Virus record (IMG/VR): IMGVR_UViG_3300025723_000103
Coordinates: 1 to 35,821 of that record
Source of the DNA: a virus
Lineage: Duplodnaviria; Caudoviricetes
Length of the DNA: 35,821 nucleotides
Strand: one strand, 5' to 3'
Below, one piece after another: positions 19,428-26,891 of this stretch. Numbering within the stretch: position 1 is the first letter of the stretch; each line of letters starts with the position of its first letter. The notes beneath the pieces are model-generated. The model had not been told where the DNA came from, made no database searches, and saw only the letters and a program-made list of their open reading frames with translations. Made by a program: the position numbers and the translations under genes.

Positions 19428-19853
19428 ATGTCATGGACTTATCAAAATCAACCAGTAGAAACTCTGCCCGAAGATTGTGTGGGATTTGTATATCTTATAA
19501 CAAACATCACCAGCGGGCGCATGTACATAGGCAAAAAATTAGCAAAATTCTCCAAAACCACTTATCGAACAGTAAAACTTAAAAACGGCACTAAGAAAAA
19601 AAAGAAAATCCGTAGCAAAATTGACTCAGATTGGCGTGACTATTATGGATCGTCACCTGAATTAACCAAGGATGTTACGCAGTTAGGGGCAGAAAACTTT
19701 ACAAGAGAGATACTTTTCTACTGTAAATCTAAGGCAGAATGCTCTTATATAGAGGCTCGTGAGCAGTTTTCACGCAGAGTTCTTGAATCAAAAGACTATT
19801 ATAACGGTCATATTCAAGTGCGTGTGCATGGTTCACATATACTCAAAAGCTAA
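19428..19853 (+). CDS. Stand-alone GIY-YIG endonuclease (Seg/EndoII-like), 141 aa
   Basis: GFVYLITNITSGRMYIGKK (GIY-YIG), WRDYYGSS, FTREIL, catalytic E in YIEAREQF, YYN. Confidence 0.9.
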   Translation: MSWTYQNQPVETLPEDCVGFVYLITNITSGRMYIGKKLAKFSKTTYRTVKLKNGTKKKKKIRSKIDSDWRDYYGSSPELTKDVTQLGAENFTREILFYCKSKAECSYIEAREQFSRRVLESKDYYNGHIQVRVHGSHILKS

Positions 19854-19879
19854 TAAAACAGGCCGTTAAAACACCAAAT

Positions 19880-20230
19880 AAGCCCGCACAGGCGTTGATC
19901 GTGTGCTCTAAATCCGTTCTGATGTGTGACGGTATGGAAGTTCTGCTTGGTGTCAGAGTTATAAATTACTATCCTTTACAGGACGATGATCAGATACGCC
20001 GCTAACTGGTTTAATTTATAAGTGGGAGAATAAGGCTAAAAGAGTGGGGAGAACCCACGGGTTTATCAGTGTGCTAGCGTATATTGATCAACTGCCGTCG
20101 TATAAAGACTTGGCTCGAGGTACCGGATGACCGCCTCTGTAACGCCATAACGCTAGGTGACATTGTTCAACTCAGATAATGTTCTTTGCCCTGCCTGGGC
20201 AAAGTGTGACTGAACAATCTAGATAATATT
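19880..20230 (+). ncRNA. Candidate large structured non-coding RNA (boundaries approximate)
   Basis: ORF-free and more GC-rich than its flanks. At least 9 stems, including one with 4 G-U pairs on the + strand, and two loop-to-distal complementarities (see findings). Confidence 0.65.
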
Positions 20231-20232
20231 TA

Positions 20233-20316
20233 AAGTGCTTCGCACTTGATTATAGTCTATAAAGAAACAACAGGTGTTTGAGTGCTAACGAAAACACAGA
20301 TGAACGTAGTTCATCT
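20233..20316. repeat. Cluster of short perfect inverted repeats with 1-3 nt loops
   Basis: AAGTGC-TTC-GCACTT (20233-20247), TTATAG-T-CTATAA (20250-20262), AGATGAAC-GTA-GTTCATCT (20298-20316). Confidence 0.75.
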
Positions 20317-20325
20317 TACTAACTA

Positions 20326-20333
20326 GATAAATA
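20326..20333 (+). promoter_or_regulatory. T4-like late promoter box GATAAATA
   Basis: 7/8 match to the T4 late consensus TATAAATA, 6 nt before ATG 20340. Confidence 0.6.
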
Positions 20334-20339
20334 TCGTAT

Positions 20340-21167
20340 ATGAAAATCTATGAAATAATCTCTGAAACATCAGTACCGGCTCCTGATAATCTATTGGCTT
20401 TGATCAAAGACACAGCTAGACATCTAGATCCTGCTGCCAGAGAATCGTTAATCTTTAATTCTGGATTTATTGCCAAGAATACCTTTCGTTTTATGACTTT
20501 TGTAAAATGGATTGGTGCCTACGAAATTGCCTGTACATATCTAGCACAGGTAGCTTTGGTCAACAAGGCTATTAAAGAACGACAGATGCCGGAAAGTGAT
20601 CGTATGCCGGCATATAGAATCCTAGTTGAGGAAACTGTAGTTGCATTAGCTGCCAGTGGTTCAATTGTAAAAGTTATTAGAATGTTAATAGGTTTTACAG
20701 TAGTAGGTCGAGTAGCTGCCTGGGTAGCAGGTGGTGCCGCAACAATCGCAACATTAGGTGTATTTGGTGGACCGGCGGTGCTTGAGATATTGGCTACTAC
20801 TGCCGCTAGTATTTGGCTTCAACAATGGGTGCAAACTGAAGAAGGCAAAGAAGTTATTGCCAACTGTGTGATGTATGCAATTGATCCTGCACTAACTTGG
20901 CTATGGAATCAAGGTCCCGGTAGATTTATTTCATCAGTTAAGACGCATAACATATCTGATCAAGGTGCTAAGACCATGGGCAAAAAAGATGATCCACTTG
21001 GCGATCTTGGCAACAAGGTCAATGACAAGTTGACTGGAACTGATACAGATGTAGACAGTATTTCATCTAAAGCCAATGCTGCCAAAGATGCTGTGAGCAA
21101 ACACTTTAACAAAAATCCCAAAGCTCCCTTGCCCACAAGTGGCAAGTTCCTGGATATTGATATTTAA
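20340..21167 (+). CDS. Hypothetical protein with hydrophobic helices, possibly capsid-internal/ejected
   Basis: 275 aa with a Gly/Ala-rich hydrophobic stretch (VVGRVAAWVAGGAATIATLGVFGGPAVLEILATTAASIW), an MKIYEIISE start and a late box directly upstream. Confidence 0.75.
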   Translation: MKIYEIISETSVPAPDNLLALIKDTARHLDPAARESLIFNSGFIAKNTFRFMTFVKWIGAYEIACTYLAQVALVNKAIKERQMPESDRMPAYRILVEETVVALAASGSIVKVIRMLIGFTVVGRVAAWVAGGAATIATLGVFGGPAVLEILATTAASIWLQQWVQTEEGKEVIANCVMYAIDPALTWLWNQGPGRFISSVKTHNISDQGAKTMGKKDDPLGDLGNKVNDKLTGTDTDVDSISSKANAAKDAVSKHFNKNPKAPLPTSGKFLDIDI

Positions 21168-21400
21168 AGCAAGGGCATCTGAGTATTTTTAGTTGCTTCG
21201 ATATTTTCTTTAATAATATCGTTTATAATTTTAATGTCTTCAGTGGTGTATCGATCAAAGAGATCGTTGACATTTATACTGCCCCGCATGTACCAACCAA
21301 TTCTAAAAAATTCTTCTTTGTACTGTAGTATTTCTTTATCAAGCCTAACTAGATATTCTTCAATTTCCTTATTAGATAATCTAATTAGGCTTTGACGAAA
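21164..21400 (-). CDS. gp51-like / tail chaperone C-terminal ORF, probably made as a -1 frameshift extension of the upstream gene
   Basis: Open in the -1 frame relative to 21385..22209. The track's start is only a TTG at 21448 with no SD. A slippery A AAT TTT TTC lies at 21406-21397 with a downstream 14-bp stem. Confidence 0.7.
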   Translation of the reverse strand, partial: FRQSLIRLSNKEIEEYLVRLDKEILQYKEEFFRIGWYMRGSINVNDLFDRYTTEDIKIINDIIKENIEATKNTQMPLL

Positions 21401-22209
21401 AAATTTGATTGGTCTAGTTGTATGGCAAACGAATCGGCGTGTTGACAACTAGCGCACTGCACCGTGGTATCTGGATATCTCCACAGGGTATTGTTAGCTT
21501 CAATTTGTTCTTTGATGCTTTCAAATATGTCTCGATCGCAGTTGTCCAAGAATTCTTTAATAAAACTACGTTCTGTAACCACAGTACTTTCTAACTCAAC
21601 TTGATCTACAGTTTCAAGAAAGATTCTATTCTGTAGTTCTGCCAACGCGGCAAATACTTTTGGTACTTCTACATCTCGTTGCTCGGCAGTTAAGGTATCT
21701 AGCTGTGCTAGCTGTTTTTGTAGCATGAAGTTTTCTAAATTGAACTCAGTAACCTTTTTATAAGTCAATGGTTTGATTTTGATCACTAGATTTTTAAGTA
21801 CAATTTTAGGCTCGTATTCACATCGACTAAAGTGATCTAACATAGAGCTTAGATTAATATCATAGTCACCCTCTTCCCCGCAACTGGTGCAGGTGTGTGT
21901 AACTGACATTTCATTTCCATAGCTGGCAATTCTAATGGCCACTAGAATCGCATCGACGTCTAAATTGCTGATATCCCATCCGTCGGTAATAGATGGACAA
22001 CAGCTTTGCATTAGTCGCACGGTTGATTCTCCGTTTAATAATGCGTCCGGAGTTTTCATTAGGATTTCATCCATACCGGTCATGCCAAATACAGGCATTT
22101 TATCCAAGTCGCCTTGTAAAGTGCCGGGATTGTTAAAGATACCCTTTGAAGGTAGTTTAATGAAAATCTTAGGTTGTCGAAAAAACTGCTTTAGGGGATT
22201 TGTAGCCAT
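21385..22209 (-). CDS. Baseplate hub assembly / tail chaperone, T4 gp26-like
   Basis: IKLPSKG, MTGMDEILMKTPDALLNG, DVDAILVAIRIASYG and two CxxC motifs (CTSC, CASC) fit the gp26-like family. SD GGAG upstream. Confidence 0.75.
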   Translation of the reverse strand: MATNPLKQFFRQPKIFIKLPSKGIFNNPGTLQGDLDKMPVFGMTGMDEILMKTPDALLNGESTVRLMQSCCPSITDGWDISNLDVDAILVAIRIASYGNEMSVTHTCTSCGEEGDYDINLSSMLDHFSRCEYEPKIVLKNLVIKIKPLTYKKVTEFNLENFMLQKQLAQLDTLTAEQRDVEVPKVFAALAELQNRIFLETVDQVELESTVVTERSFIKEFLDNCDRDIFESIKEQIEANNTLWRYPDTTVQCASCQHADSFAIQLDQSNFFVKA

Positions 22210-22220
22210 GTTAAACTCCG

Positions 22221-22246
22221 GATAAATATATTATAGAGTATTTATA
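22221..22246. promoter_or_regulatory. Two opposed late promoter boxes between divergent genes
   Basis: GATAAATA on + (22221-22228) points to the tape-measure gene. A perfect TATAAATA on - (22246-22239) points to the gp26-like gene. Confidence 0.7.
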
Positions 22247-22270
22247 TACGCATATTTCGGGGAAAAATAA

Positions 22271-24757
22271 ATGACTGAAGACGAATACAGACAAAAGAAT
22301 CTTGAGGTTCAAGAGAAAATACTAGAACTCCACCGACAAACGAATCGTAATATGAGTCTTACCCAAGGATTTGACATCAGTGGTCAGTCAAGAAAATTTG
22401 GAACAGACATCACCGAAATGCTGACTAGCCCCAAGGCAGCATTTCAAGCTCTAGAAGATAAAATACACGAAAGTTATATTACTTGGAGTAAGTCATCTGA
22501 AACAGGTATTGGCTTTAATAACGATGCTATAGGGCTACGTGCCAGTATTAATCAAACTAGACTAAGCACTGATCAGTGGAATGAAGTTATAGATAAAGGA
22601 AAATATAACTTTACATCACTTGGCGGTAACATGACCGACAGTGCTAAGATCTTTAATCAAGTTTCCAAGTCATTTAGTGACAGTACTGCCGCTGATAGTC
22701 TGCGTAAAATGGGCTATACAACTCAAGACTATAACGAGTTGTTGGCAATTACCATATCTGGTCAGCGTAGAATTAATCTTGACAACGATGCAGAACGTCT
22801 AAAACTACAACAATCAGTTGCTGAATTGGCCAGTGAAATGGACAAGACTGCACAGCTAACAGGTGTAAGTCGTAAAGAGCAAGAATCTGCTCTGCAAGAA
22901 CTACAAAAGAACGCTCGTATACAGGCCACACTAGCAGGTATGGCTCCTGAACAGAAACAAGCATTAGAACAGGCCACTGTGGGACTAAAAGGCCTAGGCT
23001 TGAATAAAGTAGGGGAAGAATTATTCACTGGACAGGCAAAGACTAAAGAAACTATTGCTATACTAGCTGGATTAGGACCTGCAGGAACACAGTTACAAAA
23101 CGCAATGAATAATCTGCGTAATGCACACACTGACGAAGAACGTAAATCAGCTCTGGCTCAAGTTAAACAAGCTGAAACAGCAGTTGCCGCTCAGATGAGT
23201 ACTGAAACTTATAGACGAATGGTACAAACAGGCGAAGGCGCTGCCGCTGATGCCGCACGTACTGTCTATATGTCTTCGCAAAATTTCAATAGCAGTATTA
23301 AGAGTGTAGCTGATCAGTATCATGTGTCAATGGATCGTGCAAGACAAATTGCCGATGAAGATGCTGGATTTAGACAAAAAGGTCTAGTTGCTCAGCGTGA
23401 TCAAAATGGCGAGATTATGAAAGATGCACAAGGCAAGCAGTTAATTGACAAGGCTGCCGGTGCAAAGAGCACAGAGTTATATGTAGAAGCAAATGCTCGT
23501 CTAAAAGATTTTAATGCTACTCTAGGACAAGTTATTGATAGTATTAATCAACGTTTTGGTGCAACAAAAACTGCCCAAGACATGATAGATCAACTTAAAA
23601 ATGTTAAACCATCTGATGGCAAAGGAGTAATACCAGAAGGCACTCCGGCCAGTGCCGTTGATAGAGCTAATGGCATTGAAGCGTTAACACGTTTGCCTGG
23701 AGCAATACAAAATGGTACACTGTTTAAAGACATTGGCAGTATAACTATAGATTCTGTAAAAGAAATTGGCGTAGGTGCTGTTACCATGGCCGCCGATGTG
23801 GTAAATTTAGTCGGAGAGCTTGCTACCGGTAAACAACCAGTTCCACGTGCAGATACAACTCTTGGAGCGACTGGACAACCGTTTGAAAAAGGCCCAGTTA
23901 ATGCTCTAATCAATGAAGGCACTAATTTAGAGGGTGTGTTTAGTTCTCAACAAATCGGCAAGTTAATATCTAATACAATATCAATGACTGCTAATCAGTC
24001 TAGTTCAGGCAATCTTGATATAGGCAAACTAAGCGAAATGTTTAATACAACTATCAGTTCCGCTGGTAGTCGTACAAATGCAGGCACTGATTCACAAGAA
24101 TCTGCTCAACAAACAACATCCAGTATTCAAACTAGCTGGAAATCAGCTGTGCAAACTATGATTCAAGACAACGAATCAGCAATTAAATCTAGCAGTCAAG
24201 CACAACTAACAACAATTAAGCAATCTGAAATTGAAAAGACTTCGGCAATTGAAAGCGAAAAGAAAAAACAAGATGCAGTTGTTGCAACTACTGGAGTTCC
24301 TGAGTTTGTTGCGGGCATACAGCGTTCAATTGGACCTATGACTAGCGATTTACAAAAAGCTACAGGTAACGCAACTAGTGAAATGCAAAAAGAAATGATA
24401 GCCAAGGCCAAAGAATGGAATGCCGCACCTATGTTATCATTATCAGACATGCAAAAACAAGTGTCTCCAATGTTTGATAATCTAAAGGAACATGTTGGAG
24501 GATTGAACAACGCTACCAGCAATATTAAACAAGCAGTAGTTGAGCAACCAAAACCAGCAGTAGTTGAGCAACCAAAACAACAACAGCATGATGAAATTAG
24601 ACAGGGCACAGTGACCCTAAAAGATCTGCACATGGACCTAGTAGACTTAAATAAGAATGTTGTGGACATGGTCAAGCATACTGCTGAATTACTTGAAACT
24701 AGCGGTAAAGTACATAGAGCCACTAAGAAATTGAATCCTAACGTAAGTGTTAGATAA
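22271..24757 (+). CDS. Putative tail tape-measure / hub protein (gp29-like), 828 aa
   Basis: Long Ala/Gln/Ser-rich, probably helical protein with LRKMGYT and LASEMDKTAQLTGVSRKEQ tape-measure-like segments. Adjacent to the frameshifted chaperone pair. Confidence 0.65.
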   Translation: MTEDEYRQKNLEVQEKILELHRQTNRNMSLTQGFDISGQSRKFGTDITEMLTSPKAAFQALEDKIHESYITWSKSSETGIGFNNDAIGLRASINQTRLSTDQWNEVIDKGKYNFTSLGGNMTDSAKIFNQVSKSFSDSTAADSLRKMGYTTQDYNELLAITISGQRRINLDNDAERLKLQQSVAELASEMDKTAQLTGVSRKEQESALQELQKNARIQATLAGMAPEQKQALEQATVGLKGLGLNKVGEELFTGQAKTKETIAILAGLGPAGTQLQNAMNNLRNAHTDEERKSALAQVKQAETAVAAQMSTETYRRMVQTGEGAAADAARTVYMSSQNFNSSIKSVADQYHVSMDRARQIADEDAGFRQKGLVAQRDQNGEIMKDAQGKQLIDKAAGAKSTELYVEANARLKDFNATLGQVIDSINQRFGATKTAQDMIDQLKNVKPSDGKGVIPEGTPASAVDRANGIEALTRLPGAIQNGTLFKDIGSITIDSVKEIGVGAVTMAADVVNLVGELATGKQPVPRADTTLGATGQPFEKGPVNALINEGTNLEGVFSSQQIGKLISNTISMTANQSSSGNLDIGKLSEMFNTTISSAGSRTNAGTDSQESAQQTTSSIQTSWKSAVQTMIQDNESAIKSSSQAQLTTIKQSEIEKTSAIESEKKKQDAVVATTGVPEFVAGIQRSIGPMTSDLQKATGNATSEMQKEMIAKAKEWNAAPMLSLSDMQKQVSPMFDNLKEHVGGLNNATSNIKQAVVEQPKPAVVEQPKQQQHDEIRQGTVTLKDLHMDLVDLNKNVVDMVKHTAELLETSGKVHRATKKLNPNVSVR
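24532..24578 (+). repeat. 24-bp-period tandem duplication (AVVEQPK x2)
   Basis: AGCAGTAGTTGAGCAACCAAAAC at 24532-24554 and 24556-24578. Confidence 0.9.
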
Positions 24758-24771
24758 AGGATAAAACTAGA

Positions 24772-26535
24772 ATGAGTTGGAAAAAATACTTTACACCGGT
24801 TCCGATCAATGGCGAGATGATGGGTCCAATCAACGGATCCAACTTTAGTAATCGTCCGGGACCTGCAAGAACAAACTACAGCTCATTCCTTCCAGACATT
24901 TACACAGGTAGTCCTAATCGTGTTGAACGTTATCAACAGTATGAAGTTATGGACAGCGATCCTGAAGTTAATGCCGCCTTAGATATCCTTGCAGAATTTT
25001 GCACACAAAAATTAAAAGATTCAAAAAGTCCATTTGCAGTTAAATGGCGTAACAAAGGAACCAACGCTGAGATTAAGATCTTAGGCGAGTATCTAGCACA
25101 ATGGAACAAGTTACAAAAGTTTGACACACGTATTTTCCGTATTGTACGCAATGTATTCAAATACGGCGATGCATTTTTTATTCGTGATCCTGAAAATCAA
25201 AAATGGTCATGGGTAGATCCTAGTCAAATTGTCAAAGTTATTGTAAATGAAAGCGAAGGTAAGAAACCTGAACAATATGTTGTTAAAGATCTAGCACCTA
25301 ACTTTGAAAACTTGATTGCTACAATGATCACACCTAATGTAAATCCTAGGAATAACGCAGGAGGTACCGGTGGTGGTGGTACGTTCGGTGGTGGCCAATC
25401 GGGAACAAAAGGTGCTCCGGGATCCGGATCTACTAGTTCAAGCAGTACTCGCTTTGGTTTAAATCAAACAGAAAGTGCAATAGATGCTAAACATGTTGTA
25501 CACCTAAGTTTATCAGAAGGATTAGATCAAAATTATCCATTTGGTAACAGTTTGTTAGAAAATATCTTTAAGGTTTATAAACAAAAAGAACTATTAGAAG
25601 ATGCAATTCTAATTTATCGTATATCACGTGCTCCAGAGCGTCGTGTTTTTAGCATTGACGTGGGAAATATGCCTAGTCACCTAGCTATGGCATTTGTAGA
25701 ACGTGTAAAGAACGAAATCCACCAGCGCCGTATTCCGTCACAAACAGGGGGCGGACAGAATGTCATAGACTCTGCATACAATCCTCTAAGCATAAATGAA
25801 GACTATTTCTTCCCTAAAACAGCAGACGGTAAAGGTTCTGATGTGCGTATGCTAGAAGGCGGTAAGAATATTGGCGAGATTGATGACTTGAAGTACTTTA
25901 CTAACAAGTTATTCCGTGGATTACGTATTCCAAGTAGCTATTTGCCTACTGGTGCTGATGATTCACAAAGCACATTCAATGATGGGCGAGTAGGCACAGC
26001 ATACATTCAAGAGCTACGCTTTAACAAGTACTGCGAAAGACTGCAAAGTTTAATAACCAGTATCTTTGATGAAGAGTTTAAGATGTACATGCATGGCAAA
26101 GGATTGAATATTGATCCTAATTTGTTTGAATTAAACTTCAATCCTCCAATGAACTTTGCCAGTTCACGCCAGGCAACCATTGATGCTGAACGTATTAACA
26201 CATTTAATACTGTACAAGCTGTTCCTTTCATGTCAAAACGATTTGCAATGAATCGTTTCTTAGGTTTAACTGACGAAGAAATTGCAGAGAATGAACGTAT
26301 GTGGGCTGAAGAGAATGGTAAAGGACAACCTACAGATACAGATTCCGCTGGAGAAATGCGTAGTGCAGGCATATCAGCAGGTGGCATACAAGGCGATATG
26401 GGTGCCGCTGCCGATATGGAAGCTCCAGAAGACTTGCAAAGCAGTCCAGAAGCAGAAGGCGGAGTAGGTGCTACGGCCGCACAGGGTGCAATGCCAGGTG
26501 GTCCTCCAGGTGGCGGACAGGGCCCAGTCGCATAA
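24772..26535 (+). CDS. gp20: Portal protein, T4 gp20-like
   Basis: YEVMDSDPEVNAALDI, LLEDAILIYRISRAPERRVFSIDVGNMP, EDYFFP, IDDLKYFTNKLFRGLRIPSSYL, ELRFNKYCERLQ. Confidence 0.96.
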   Translation: MSWKKYFTPVPINGEMMGPINGSNFSNRPGPARTNYSSFLPDIYTGSPNRVERYQQYEVMDSDPEVNAALDILAEFCTQKLKDSKSPFAVKWRNKGTNAEIKILGEYLAQWNKLQKFDTRIFRIVRNVFKYGDAFFIRDPENQKWSWVDPSQIVKVIVNESEGKKPEQYVVKDLAPNFENLIATMITPNVNPRNNAGGTGGGGTFGGGQSGTKGAPGSGSTSSSSTRFGLNQTESAIDAKHVVHLSLSEGLDQNYPFGNSLLENIFKVYKQKELLEDAILIYRISRAPERRVFSIDVGNMPSHLAMAFVERVKNEIHQRRIPSQTGGGQNVIDSAYNPLSINEDYFFPKTADGKGSDVRMLEGGKNIGEIDDLKYFTNKLFRGLRIPSSYLPTGADDSQSTFNDGRVGTAYIQELRFNKYCERLQSLITSIFDEEFKMYMHGKGLNIDPNLFELNFNPPMNFASSRQATIDAERINTFNTVQAVPFMSKRFAMNRFLGLTDEEIAENERMWAEENGKGQPTDTDSAGEMRSAGISAGGIQGDMGAAADMEAPEDLQSSPEAEGGVGATAAQGAMPGGPPGGGQGPVA

Positions 26536-26538
26536 ATA
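26532..26538 (+). promoter_or_regulatory. Late promoter box ATAAATA overlapping the portal stop codon
   Basis: CATAAATACATTATG, with the box 4 nt before ATG 26543. Confidence 0.55.
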
Positions 26539-26542
26539 CATT

Positions 26543-26785
26543 ATGATTTTAAGAGAACTGTTTTATATTGATCCGGACACTCGTCATGTAGCTAATGATC
26601 TACGTTATGAGGCTGACCGTGATAATTCAACTATACACAGGACTGATACCCGCAAGACTAGATTAACACTAAAACAAATAAACGAACTGCGTAAGAGTAG
26701 TGAAGCTCACATATTAGAGCAGGAAAAAGAATTAGACTTTATCCATGATATGTACTCTGCTCCTCCTCCACAGCCAGGTCAATAA
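26543..26785 (+). CDS. Small head-module protein (80 aa; gp67/gp68 position)
   Basis: Start moved from the track's GTG 26468 (inside the portal gene) to ATG 26543: MILRELFY...DTRKTRLTLKQINELRK...MYS. Confidence 0.75.
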   Translation: MILRELFYIDPDTRHVANDLRYEADRDNSTIHRTDTRKTRLTLKQINELRKSSEAHILEQEKELDFIHDMYSAPPPQPGQ

Positions 26786-26826
26786 TTAAAAAACTGTCAA
26801 AACTGACTGTTTTCACGCCATTACCA

Positions 26827-26853
26827 TACACTTTTTTAATATAAGTGTAAATA
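26827..26853 (+). promoter_or_regulatory. Putative late promoter of the head operon (TACACT-N15-TAAATA)
   Basis: TAAATA at 26848-26853 with TACACT exactly 15 nt upstream. SD AGGAG before ATG 26892. Confidence 0.55.
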
Positions 26854-26891
26854 ATACACAGCCTTGTAACACAATCACAGGAGAATTTAAC

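Noticed and set aside
19854-20339. tRNA, tmRNA, RNase P RNA or group I intron as the identity of the non-coding region
   Set aside because: No cloverleaf with T-loop and CCA, no tmRNA termini and no RNase P P4 consensus were recognised. The flanking genes are complete, so no exon is interrupted. A covariance-model search is still needed to exclude a divergent member.
21401-21448. TTG start at 21448 for an independent 94-aa protein
   Set aside because: No SD, it lies inside the upstream gene, and the frameshift signal explains the ORF better.
26468-26542. GTG start at 26468 for the small head gene
   Set aside because: It overlaps the portal C-terminus by 68 nt. ATG 26543 just after a late box is more plausible.
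26790-26813. AAAACTGTCA-AAAC-TGACTGTTTT as a terminator
   Set aside because: The stem is AT-rich with a T-T mismatch and too weak to call with confidence.
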